Positions 27,311 to 34,261 of a stretch of DNA of 35,716 nucleotides are shown piece after piece. How positions within the stretch are numbered: position 1 is the first letter of the stretch; each line of letters opens with the position of its first letter. This DNA comes from a virus (taxonomy: Duplodnaviria; Caudoviricetes): IMG/VR virus record IMGVR_UViG_3300020045_003981, positions 1 to 35,716 of that record. One strand, written 5' to 3'. Both the position numbers and the translations under genes were made by a program. Under the pieces are notes generated by a model that did not search any database, was not told where the DNA came from, and worked only from the letters and a program-made list of their open reading frames with translations.

Positions 27311-28314
27311 TGTTCAGCCTCGCAATAAATTGAATGCTGTTGCTGCCACTCGCGGAACTTGTCCGTTTCCAATGGCTTTAATGCGGTTTGACCTATCGGC
27401 CACCCCATAAGCCACTCGACCCAATACGGGTTCAGGCGCATCGGCGGGGTCTGCTGGCCAGGCTGGAAAGATTCCCGTTCTACCGTGTAATCCAGCCGGT
27501 CGTCCGTGCTTGCGCGGTTGTGATTCGGCGACCATCCTTTGTAAGCTGTCGCTGTCGCTGTCGGGTAGGTCTTTGCATGAACGGCTGCGGTCAACGGCAT
27601 TCCACCCTGCGAATATCGCTTGGTTCTTTCCGTCTTGCTGTCGACCGTTGGTGTCGGCCAGTTCGCAACAAATGTGGCCAGCCCATCCCCGCTGTTCTTG
27701 CTTGCTCCTTTGCGGTTGTAATTCCCGCAAACTGTCGGCGTTGGGATTAATACTTGCGCTGATAGCTTCGGTTCTCCCCGGCTGTTCCATTTGCCATTTG
27801 CTCTGTTCACGTGATCGTCTGCTACGGGCGTCTGCCAAAATCCACACGCGCTCACGTTTGTGAGCTGCGCCGGTATCGGCTGCGGATACAACTCCCCATC
27901 TAGCATCAAACCCCATCGCGGCAAGGTCACACAGTACCCGGTCAAGTCCTCTAGTAACGAGAGCTGGGCTGTTTTCAATGAATGCGTATCGGGGCTGTAC
28001 TTCGCCAATAATCCTTGCCATTTCTGACCATAGCCCTGACCTTGCGCCGTCCAATCCTGCGCCGCTTCCTGCGACGCTGATGTCCTGGCAAGGGAATCCG
28101 CCGCAAACCACGTCAACAATTCCGCGCCACTGGTTTCCGTCAAAGGTGCGCACGTCATCCCAAATCGGGAAAGGCGGGAAGGTTCCATCGTTTTGTCGTG
28201 CAACAAGGATGGCTTGCGCGTAAGGCTCTCGTTCAACGGCACACACGCACTTATGTCCGAGCAGGTGTCCGCCAAGTATGCCGCCGCCAGCGCCTGCGAA
28301 TAGATGAAGCTCAT
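27307..28314 (-). CDS. overprinted C5-MTase beta polypeptide (TRD-like repeats and motif IX)
   Basis: 335-aa stop-free second frame; RLNPYWVEWLMGWP matches motif IX; four xPTP...LxxxV repeats; start and stop both coupled to neighbouring genes. Confidence 0.85.
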   Translation of the reverse strand: MSFIYSQALAAAYLADTCSDISACVPLNESLTRKPSLLHDKTMEPSRLSRFGMTCAPLTETSGAELLTWFAADSLARTSASQEAAQDWTAQGQGYGQKWQGLLAKYSPDTHSLKTAQLSLLEDLTGYCVTLPRWGLMLDGELYPQPIPAQLTNVSACGFWQTPVADDHVNRANGKWNSRGEPKLSAQVLIPTPTVCGNYNRKGASKNSGDGLATFVANWPTPTVDSKTERTKRYSQGGMPLTAAVHAKTYPTATATAYKGWSPNHNRASTDDRLDYTVERESFQPGQQTPPMRLNPYWVEWLMGWPIGQTALKPLETDKFREWQQQHSIYCEAEQ

Positions 28315-28318
28315 TCAC
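27314..28318 (-). CDS. DNA (cytosine-5)-methyltransferase, alpha polypeptide (motifs I-VIII and X)
   Basis: LFAGAGG (I), GGFPCQDIS (IV), ENS (VI), HKRERVWI (VIII), IKAIGNGQVP (X); no motif IX; GTG start 28318 with GGAG SD. Confidence 0.92.
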   Translation of the reverse strand: MNELHLFAGAGGGILGGHLLGHKCVCAVEREPYAQAILVARQNDGTFPPFPIWDDVRTFDGNQWRGIVDVVCGGFPCQDISVAGSGAGLDGARSGLWSEMARIIGEVQPRYAFIENSPALVTRGLDRVLCDLAAMGFDARWGVVSAADTGAAHKRERVWILADARSRRSREQSKWQMEQPGRTEAISASINPNADSLRELQPQRSKQEQRGWAGHICCELADTNGRQQDGKNQAIFAGWNAVDRSRSCKDLPDSDSDSLQRMVAESQPRKHGRPAGLHGRTGIFPAWPADPADAPEPVLGRVAYGVADRSNRIKAIGNGQVPRVAATAFNLLRG

Positions 28319-28730
28319 GCCACACTCCAATAAGCCAGCCGAGTCGTTTTAGTCGCCCGCCGCACCTTCTTGATGATCTTGCCGTCGCTTTGCAACTGGC
28401 GCAGGTGGTGACAGATCATGTTTTTGGTAGCGTCGGGTTCGCCCTTGGTGACGATATCGCAAATGTCATCGGTCGAAATGCCGCGCTTGCTGGACTTGAC
28501 GATCTCAAGCACCGTTTCGATACGGCGCAGGCCGGCTTCTTTGCGCGGGTTCGTCGGCTTGCGCTTGTTGTCGCAGGCCGGCTTCTTTGCGCGGGTTCGT
28601 CGGCTTGCGCTTGTTGTCGCAGGCCGGCTTCTTTGCGCGGGTTCGTCGGCTTGCGCTTGTTGTCGCAGGCCGGAAGCAATCCCCAAAAGGATGGGGTCGT
28701 GATTTGTTGGATCATTACGGATAGGCTCAT
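28315..28730 (-). pseudogene. winged-helix protein gene frameshifted by repeat expansion (107 aa if one repeat unit)
   Basis: ATG 28730 coupled to upstream stop; removing two 46-bp units joins MSLSVMIQ...PRKEAGLR to RIETVLEIV...HHLRQLQSDGKI...YWSVA. Confidence 0.75.
28526..28673. repeat. perfect tandem repeat, 3 x 46 bp plus 10 bp
   Basis: unit CGCAGGCCGGCTTCTTTGCGCGGGTTCGTCGGCTTGCGCTTGTTGT at 28526, 28572 and 28618; partial unit at 28664. Confidence 0.98.
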
Positions 28731-29101
28731 GCTGCACCTGCTTTCGCGCTGGCAATTGCCTTTTTTGCAATAGATTCTACAGAAAGCGAGTATTTTGTTT
28801 CTCGAAAACCAAGCGGCCTTGACCAGCATATTTCTTCCAGCGCAGCCAGAAGTTTGTCGCGCTGCTTTGTTGTCTGAACAAGCAACTCAAAAACTGGCGC
28901 AATTTCATATTCGACGCGCTCAAGGTCTTGCGTTGGAATACCGGCGCACGCATTCACGCAGGCGACGATGCGTCGGGCGTTGTCTTGCTTATCCGGTCCT
29001 TCGCAGATTGCGGTGGAAAATCCGCCGTTAAACTGATCGCTTCCGGTGGCGCCTATTCGTGCAAATCCATCGTCTGCCCAAGGCTCTTTCGTATGGCTCA
29101 C
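28727..29101 (-). CDS. hypothetical phage early protein
   Basis: MSHTKEPW...NARRIVACVNACAGIPT motif common in phage early regions. Confidence 0.8.
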   Translation of the reverse strand: MSHTKEPWADDGFARIGATGSDQFNGGFSTAICEGPDKQDNARRIVACVNACAGIPTQDLERVEYEIAPVFELLVQTTKQRDKLLAALEEICWSRPLGFRETKYSLSVESIAKKAIASAKAGAA

Positions 29102-29310
29102 TGCACATCCTCCCCACTCATAAACCCCAACGGAATGCGCGACGGCAGGCGCTTGTCGTGCAAGCAGGCGTTTTTCGATACGTTTTCAGCAGGCCGGAAG
29201 TCGCGTGCAATCTGCTGGTGGCGCTCGCAGAAAGCGGCGCAGTCCCAAAACTGGCCGGGTACGATGTCGTGCGCAAGGCAGCGCGTCATGCTGTCTGGTA
29301 AGGTGATCAT
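29098..29310 (-). CDS. small Cys-containing hypothetical protein
   Basis: ATGA coupled at both ends. Confidence 0.65.
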   Translation of the reverse strand: MITLPDSMTRCLAHDIVPGQFWDCAAFCERHQQIARDFRPAENVSKNACLHDKRLPSRIPLGFMSGEDVQ

Positions 29311-29843
29311 GAATCCAAATCCTTGTTAAATTGCAAAATGTGCTGCACCAGACGCGCCTGGTGGCGGGCGTCGTCAAGTGCGTTGTGGTGGATGCCGTCG
29401 CGGTTAATCTTGAGGTCTGGATTCAAGCCCTTGAGCGTGCGCAGATCGCGCTCTTTCCAGAATTCCCAGGGGCAGGGCCAGCGAACGGCGGCGTATGCGT
29501 TGGAGAGAATGGCGAAGTCGAAAGAACCGCCGTTGCACCATGGCGTTACGCCAATCGGCATAAAGCGGGTGAGGGCCGATAACGCTTCAGAAAGCGTTGC
29601 AGCGCGTACCTGGCCGTCGACCAGCGATTTACGCGCTGATTCTGATTGGCCCATCCACCAAAGCACCGTTTCCGCGTCCATCTTCAGGCGCCATTGGCTG
29701 ACGCAGCTATCAAGGCTGATGTGCATATGAAAAGCATCGCCAATCCAGTCGCCGTGCGGATCAAACAGCACCGCACCGATGCTGGCAATGGCTGCCGTTG
29801 GCGTTTTGCCCATGGTTTCTAGGTCGATCATTACATGCGTCAT
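29307..29843 (-). CDS. DEDDh 3'-5' exonuclease
   Basis: MIDLETMG, WCNGGSFDFAIL, RDLRT and HNALDDA motifs. Confidence 0.92.
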   Translation of the reverse strand: MTHVMIDLETMGKTPTAAIASIGAVLFDPHGDWIGDAFHMHISLDSCVSQWRLKMDAETVLWWMGQSESARKSLVDGQVRAATLSEALSALTRFMPIGVTPWCNGGSFDFAILSNAYAAVRWPCPWEFWKERDLRTLKGLNPDLKINRDGIHHNALDDARHQARLVQHILQFNKDLDS

Positions 29844-30412
29844 GCTGCCAGGCTCCACTTGATCGCCAGTTCGGCGGTGTCGAGAATGGCGACCAGATGC
29901 GCGGTGCTGTAGGCGTCGCTTTCCTCAACGATCAGATGCGCGGCCTCTTCGCGGGCGGATTTCTCGCTGTTGTGAATGATCATGCCGTCAATATCCGGGA
30001 TCACGGCATAGCCGATGACGCTGCTTTCGCGGATGGATTGGGCGCGTAGGGCAATCTCGGCAATGGCCTTTTCTCTTTCGGCGATGATGTCCTTGTGTGT
30101 ATTGATCTCTTCGTGTAGCCAACTAACCTCAATACACTTTGCACGCCATTGGTCATAAAGTTCGTCCCAGCTAAGGGCGAGCTTTTTAACGTCAGCGCAC
30201 GCCGCCACCGGCAAATCATCCGGCTTAGGCGGCGCACTTACGGCATTGCCCACGTGGAGAGGATCGGCGCGCAAGTCGCCGCCACCGACGGTGGAACACG
30301 TGTCTTTGCTGCCGGTGTTAACGCCCACCGCCGGCTTGGGCTTCACGCTGTCGTTCTTCAAGTACCAAGGATTCCTCGGGTGTTGCGTTTTTCTGTCGAT
30401 GTTTTCAGTCAT
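29840..30412 (-). CDS. hypothetical protein
   Basis: operon-coupled ORF. Confidence 0.65.
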   Translation of the reverse strand: MTENIDRKTQHPRNPWYLKNDSVKPKPAVGVNTGSKDTCSTVGGGDLRADPLHVGNAVSAPPKPDDLPVAACADVKKLALSWDELYDQWRAKCIEVSWLHEEINTHKDIIAEREKAIAEIALRAQSIRESSVIGYAVIPDIDGMIIHNSEKSAREEAAHLIVEESDAYSTAHLVAILDTAELAIKWSLAA

Positions 30413-30546
30413 TTGAGATGCTCAAGGGCGAAGTAAAGGGCTGTGCAGGCGGTCAGCAAGCAGCTGACCACCAGGAGGCGGATTGCGGCGCGATCGTGTG
30501 CGGCAGAAAGTGCCGCGCGGCGCTCGTAAAAGTCTTTGGTGGTCAT
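30409..30546 (-). CDS. 45-aa single-TM protein (absent from ORF track)
   Basis: MTTKDFYERRAALSAAHDRAAIRLLVVSCLLTACTALYFALEHLK; ATGA overlaps at both ends. Confidence 0.7.
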   Translation of the reverse strand: MTTKDFYERRAALSAAHDRAAIRLLVVSCLLTACTALYFALEHLK

Positions 30547-30797
30547 GCCATCGTCCAGGTGCGACGAATGCCGACCGGCAAGGTCGCGTTATAAGCAGCA
30601 CGGACGCTGGCGAGTTCGCGCTTGGCGTTACTGCGGGCGATGGTGATTTTGTAAGCGGTGATCGGGCATGTAACGAGTTCCAGCGCCTTGCACTGGCCTT
30701 CGATCATGATTTCCAGCGAGCGAATCTGAAAATACAGACCGGCTCGCTTGATGGGTTTGACGCCTGCGGTCAACGCGGTTTTTAGGGTGGTTTTCAT
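30543..30797 (-). CDS. hypothetical protein
   Basis: MKTTLKTAL...; stop coupled to next start. Confidence 0.65.
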   Translation of the reverse strand: MKTTLKTALTAGVKPIKRAGLYFQIRSLEIMIEGQCKALELVTCPITAYKITIARSNAKRELASVRAAYNATLPVGIRRTWTMA

Positions 30798-30847
30798 GAT
30801 TATCCCATCAAGAATTGGCCGCCCGTGCAAGCGCGGCCTGTGGGTGG

Positions 30848-31675
30848 TTAAAGCCCTGGAACGCCGGCGATAATCTCAAGGCCAGTGCCTTCCTTGATGT
30901 TCGCCAGTTCTTCAGTGACCGCCGTTTTGAACACGCGGTCAGGGCGGATCAGTTCGTACCAAAACGTCAGGACGCCGGACTTTTCGCGGTACTTCAGGCG
31001 AGCTTCAAGCGGGTAGGCGCTGGCGCTGCCATCAAAGACCGGCAGCCCGAGCGTGAAGCGCTTGAACACCTCCATGGTGACGCGAGTGTCCTTGTCTTCG
31101 TCCTCGACAAACTCAAACTGCATGCCACCGTTTTGCAGGTTGATCTTTGAGCGCAGGCGTTTTTCAGAGGTGGCCTCAAAGCCAAGGGCCATGGCGAGGA
31201 TTTCAGCGCCGGATGGAAAGCCGGGAACGCTGGCGATGTCGGTCAGGTTGTCTTCCAGCCAGGCGGCAAAGGTGGCTTGATTCATGTCGACCTTGTCTTT
31301 GCCCAGCCAGCGCTTCCACTCAACGGCCTGCTTGGGAGCAAAGGTGCAGGTGTGCTCGCGCCATTGCGGCAGGGCGGGGCCATGGTCATCAATCACCGCG
31401 ACCAGATTGCAGGCGTTCTTCTCGCTGTCGATTTGCGCATAGATCAGCGAATTGGAAGTGTCGCTATGCTTGTTCAGGTAGTCGATAAAGCCATTGGCGT
31501 CGCTGGTGATGACGGCGGCGCGCTTGCTGATCGGCTCGGCCAGCATCTTTTCAAGGTCCGCCGCCTTGTAGCCTTCCGGGATGACGGCAAACGGCTTGCC
31601 GCCTTCGATGGTGCGCACGTTGCAGAGCGCAGCGCCCGTGTCGAGAACGGTTTTGATGTAGTCCAATTGGCTCAT
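30848..31675 (-). CDS. DUF2303 / YfdQ-family protein
   Basis: AVIDDHG, QATFAAWLEDN, F.LGLPVF and LEARLKYR motifs. Confidence 0.85.
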   Translation of the reverse strand: MSQLDYIKTVLDTGAALCNVRTIEGGKPFAVIPEGYKAADLEKMLAEPISKRAAVITSDANGFIDYLNKHSDTSNSLIYAQIDSEKNACNLVAVIDDHGPALPQWREHTCTFAPKQAVEWKRWLGKDKVDMNQATFAAWLEDNLTDIASVPGFPSGAEILAMALGFEATSEKRLRSKINLQNGGMQFEFVEDEDKDTRVTMEVFKRFTLGLPVFDGSASAYPLEARLKYREKSGVLTFWYELIRPDRVFKTAVTEELANIKEGTGLEIIAGVPGL

Positions 31676-31689
31676 GGTGATCAGCCCTC

Positions 31690-32046
31690 TTAGCCGTTGA
31701 CGGTTTTGAGTTCGCGAACCGGCTCACTTGCTACCGGCTTCAATTCCAGCTTGGTCTGGCGCGGGTCTTCGGCAATCAGATTGCCTTCAGGCGTTGGCCA
31801 CAACAGCGACTCAGCCGGCATGCCCTTCGGTTTGCTGACGCTGCATTCGGCTTTGACGGCCAGCGTGCCAGCGGTCGAAGGCTTGATGCCAATCTTCAAA
31901 GTAAGCGTGCCGGCCTTGTTGTAGGCGGTCACAGCGCTGATCAGGTCGGCGAACTTGGCGCCGGCAAAGTCCATGATCGGGATAAGGTCGCCATCGTCAG
32001 TTTCAACGCGGACGGCTTGCAGGTTTTCATTCAGTGGTTTGGCCAT
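31690..32046 (-). CDS. YfdP-like partner of DUF2303
   Basis: KAGTLTLKIGIKP...PTPEGNLIAEDPRQ; GGAG SD; usual neighbour of DUF2303. Confidence 0.75.
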   Translation of the reverse strand: MAKPLNENLQAVRVETDDGDLIPIMDFAGAKFADLISAVTAYNKAGTLTLKIGIKPSTAGTLAVKAECSVSKPKGMPAESLLWPTPEGNLIAEDPRQTKLELKPVASEPVRELKTVNG

Positions 32047-32068
32047 TTAGGCATCTCCTGGTGGTTGT

Positions 32069-32242
32069 TTAAATCAATGCCGACTGCACGGGTGCCGGCT
32101 TGCCCTTGATTTCGTTACGCGCTGCGCACTGAAGCGCAATGCGGATCATCTTGATTGCCATCGCCTGCTCAAACGACATGCCAAGAAACGACAAGCCGCT
32201 GCGCTGGTAGGCGGCTTTTAGGCGGGTGGTTTCGTGGGTCAT
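32069..32242 (-). CDS. 57-aa first gene of leftward operon (paralog A; absent from ORF track)
   Basis: MTHETTRLKAAYQRSGLSFLGMSFEQ...PAPVQSALI; 37/57 identical to 35443..35616 by hand alignment. Confidence 0.85.
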   Translation of the reverse strand: MTHETTRLKAAYQRSGLSFLGMSFEQAMAIKMIRIALQCAARNEIKGKPAPVQSALI

Positions 32243-32268
32243 GGTTGGCTTTCGGTTTTCTTGAGCAC

Positions 32269-32313
32269 GTAACCATAGTTACACAAAGAAAGACCAACGT
32301 CAACCATAGTTGC
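32269..32313 (-). promoter_or_regulatory. pL-like promoter with two operators
   Basis: GTAACCATAGTTAC (32269-82) and TCAACCATAGTTGC (32300-13); TTGACG-17-AACTAT on the - strand. Confidence 0.8.
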
Positions 32314-32323
32314 ACTCGAAAGC

Positions 32324-32348
32324 AAAAAAAACCCGCTCAAGGCGGGCT
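32324..32348 (-). terminator. rho-independent terminator of the cI operon
   Basis: CCCGC stem plus T8 on the - strand. Confidence 0.75.
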
Positions 32349-32364
32349 GCTTAATTCTGGAGGT

Positions 32365-32631
32365 CTATTGCGGCACTAAATTGCATCCGCAGTGCTTGCA
32401 TTTGCGGGCGTCTTTGAGGATTAGTTCGCGGCAATCAGGGCATTTAATGTGCGTTTCAGGTGTCGGCTGACCGGATTTTCTCGCTGATCCAAGAACGACC
32501 AGCAGCAAAAAACAAAGCAATGGGCTGATGATAATTGCCAGCAAAAAGTATCCAAATCCATTGCGCTCGGCCTTGCCGGCCATGACGCCGCACAAAACGG
32601 CCAGAAAAAACCAAACAAGGGCGAAGTCCAT
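32365..32631 (-). CDS. 2-TM membrane protein with double zinc ribbon
   Basis: two hydrophobic helices, CPDC and CKHC; downstream of cI (lysogen-expressed position). Confidence 0.85.
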   Translation of the reverse strand: MDFALVWFFLAVLCGVMAGKAERNGFGYFLLAIIISPLLCFLLLVVLGSARKSGQPTPETHIKCPDCRELILKDARKCKHCGCNLVPQ

Positions 32632-32725
32632 GGTGTGCTCTCAAAAACCTTGCACTCTATTTGTCTTCCACTTAGAAATCAATATGACGTTAGTCATATC
32701 CCAATCTTTGCGCGCTGGGGCGGGA

Positions 32726-33142
32726 TTACTGACCAGTGCGCGCTTCAAAAACGGTGCCGGTCTTTTCGCCAATCAATGCAGCGCGGATCGCACCAATGGC
32801 CATAAAGCATTCGCGCTCGGTCAGGGTTGAAGCAAGCGATATTAATTCGTCACGCGCAGGCGCCGGCTCTTGCAACTGATGCACCGTCGCCACCTGGGCA
32901 GAATCATACTCACGCAACGGATACACCAAGCCAACAGCTGCGCATCTGATAAGCGGCTCAACTGCAACGTCGTATTTTTGGCAAAAGCGTAACAGGTTGG
33001 CGAGCTTGATGTTTTCGGTATCGCCGTTCTCCCACTTGTTATAGCCCTGCCTGGATATGCCCACTTTGGCAGCCGCCTGTGCGGGCGTGTCGCCAGCGGC
33101 AATGCGGATTTCTTGAAAGCGTTTTGATAGATCGGTCTGCAT
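32726..33142 (-). CDS. cI: CI-like XRE repressor without S24 peptidase domain
   Basis: HTH AQAAAKVGISRQGYNKWENG; divergent from cro; 138 aa. Confidence 0.85.
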   Translation of the reverse strand: MQTDLSKRFQEIRIAAGDTPAQAAAKVGISRQGYNKWENGDTENIKLANLLRFCQKYDVAVEPLIRCAAVGLVYPLREYDSAQVATVHQLQEPAPARDELISLASTLTERECFMAIGAIRAALIGEKTGTVFEARTGQ

Positions 33143-33166
33143 CTTCAGATCGTCACACTTTTTAAT

Positions 33167-33207
33167 GTAACTATGGTTTGCATTTGTAGTGCAACTATGG
33201 TTACAAT
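33167..33207 (+). promoter_or_regulatory. pR-like promoter with two operators
   Basis: GTAACTATGGTTTG (33167-80) and GCAACTATGGTTAC (33191-204), same AACTATGGTT core as OL; TTGCAT-18-TACAAT. Confidence 0.8.
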
Positions 33208-33214
33208 GGCAGGC

Positions 33215-33409
33215 ATGAGACATAGCGACTCACAAATCATTGACCAGTTAGGCGGCAACACTGCCGTTGCAAAGCTGTTCAATGTGTCCAGCCAGGCAGT
33301 ATCGAAATGGCGCAACGACGGCATCCCAGACGCGCGCTTGATGTACCTGCATCTGGCATATCCGCATCTCTTTGCTGACCAACTCAGCAACCAACAGCAG
33401 GCCGCCTAA
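33215..33409 (+). CDS. cro: Cro-like protein
   Basis: IIDQLGGNTAVAKLFNVSSQAVSKWRNDGIP. Confidence 0.88.
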   Translation: MRHSDSQIIDQLGGNTAVAKLFNVSSQAVSKWRNDGIPDARLMYLHLAYPHLFADQLSNQQQAA

Positions 33410-33670
33410 ATGGATCTCTTCCACGGACTTCCCGCTGATTTCAAAGTAGCCACCTGGCGCGGCACTTGCGCATCCGATGGCGAATATATCGGGATCAGCT
33501 TTAATCTGGTCGGCGGTGGCATCGTCCGCCTTGCGCTGGATGCCAATAGCGGGCGCGCTGCTGCCGAGACGCTTGTTGCATTGCTTGATCAGGCTGACAG
33601 TCTGACAAACTCCCATTCTCCAAGCTCGTCTGGTAGCCCAATCGTTGAGGTGTCGACTCCCGATGAGTGA
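33410..33670 (+). CDS. hypothetical protein
   Basis: starts directly after cro stop. Confidence 0.55.
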   Translation: MDLFHGLPADFKVATWRGTCASDGEYIGISFNLVGGGIVRLALDANSGRAAAETLVALLDQADSLTNSHSPSSSGSPIVEVSTPDE

Positions 33671-33825
33671 GAGAACGTCGCGCCATGGGTCAGGTCGTCC
33701 AGCGCGTTCTCTGGTCGCGTGTATGAGCCTAGTCCCTCTTCGCCAATCTCTGCCTGCCAATACTTCCCGCGCCGAACAATCCGCGCCTCGCCAATGGCCG
33801 TCTTGTGCCGCCAATACCCGTTCAT
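33589..33825 (-). CDS. hypothetical protein, antisense to the early-right operon
   Basis: AAAGGA SD; globular-looking 78 aa (LGSYTRPENALDDL...GLPDELGEW). Confidence 0.7.
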   Translation of the reverse strand: MNGYWRHKTAIGEARIVRRGKYWQAEIGEEGLGSYTRPENALDDLTHGATFSHSSGVDTSTIGLPDELGEWEFVRLSA

Positions 33826-33941
33826 GGGGATTCCTTTCAATGATCAATGATGTCTCGAACCAGCATTGTGTCATATCTGGAATCCCCACCCCGTTGTCTC
33901 CTCCGCTCGGCACAGCCACCCCCTCTCTGCCTTGCGTTTTA

Positions 33942-33970
33942 ACCGGGGCTTCGGCCCTGGTCTTTTTATT
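33942..33970 (+). terminator. tR1-like intrinsic terminator
   Basis: ACCGGGGC-TTCG-GCCCTGGT followed by CTTTTT. Confidence 0.75.
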
Positions 33971-33983
33971 ATGAGTCGTGGCC

Positions 33984-34184
33984 ATGTCTGAAAAGCGCAC
34001 GACTCGCCACACCATCTGGATGCCGGAGCAGCTTGAAATAGACCTCATGCGCCTGGCCGCTGGTGAAGATCGGAAGTTCGGGGATTTCATCACGCATGTC
34101 CTTTTAACGTATGCCTATGGTCATCGTAGGTGTGAATGCCCAACCCGCAACGTGGCGAATGGCGGCGATGCGCGCAACGAATAA
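33984..34184 (+). CDS. ribbon-helix-helix-like regulator (cII position)
   Basis: KRTTRHTIWMPEQLEIDLMRLAAGEDRKFGDFITHVL: strand-helix-helix pattern. Confidence 0.7.
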   Translation: MSEKRTTRHTIWMPEQLEIDLMRLAAGEDRKFGDFITHVLLTYAYGHRRCECPTRNVANGGDARNE

Positions 34185-34261
34185 AACCCCGCGCCCCATG
34201 TCGGCAGCGAGGACAGACAGCGCACGCAACAACGCGGCGCAACAACACAACAACAAACCAG

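Noticed and set aside
27307-28318. MTase as a sequencing-error frameshifted single gene
   Set aside because: It would need two compensating shifts (VIII to TRD/IX, then back to X), and would not explain both frames being open end to end with their own coupled start and stop signals
28526-28673. Possible CRISPR array
   Set aside because: Units are contiguous and identical with no unique spacers, and there are no cas genes
28315-28770. 151-aa ORF from the track as the real gene
   Set aside because: TTG start lies inside the upstream gene with no SD, and it reads the repeat in all three frames; the coupled ATG at 28730 is the more plausible start
33248-34093. 281-aa minus-strand ORF across the early-right region
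   Set aside because: Antisense to cro and neighbours, crosses a terminator and has no recognisable motifs; likely a shadow ORF
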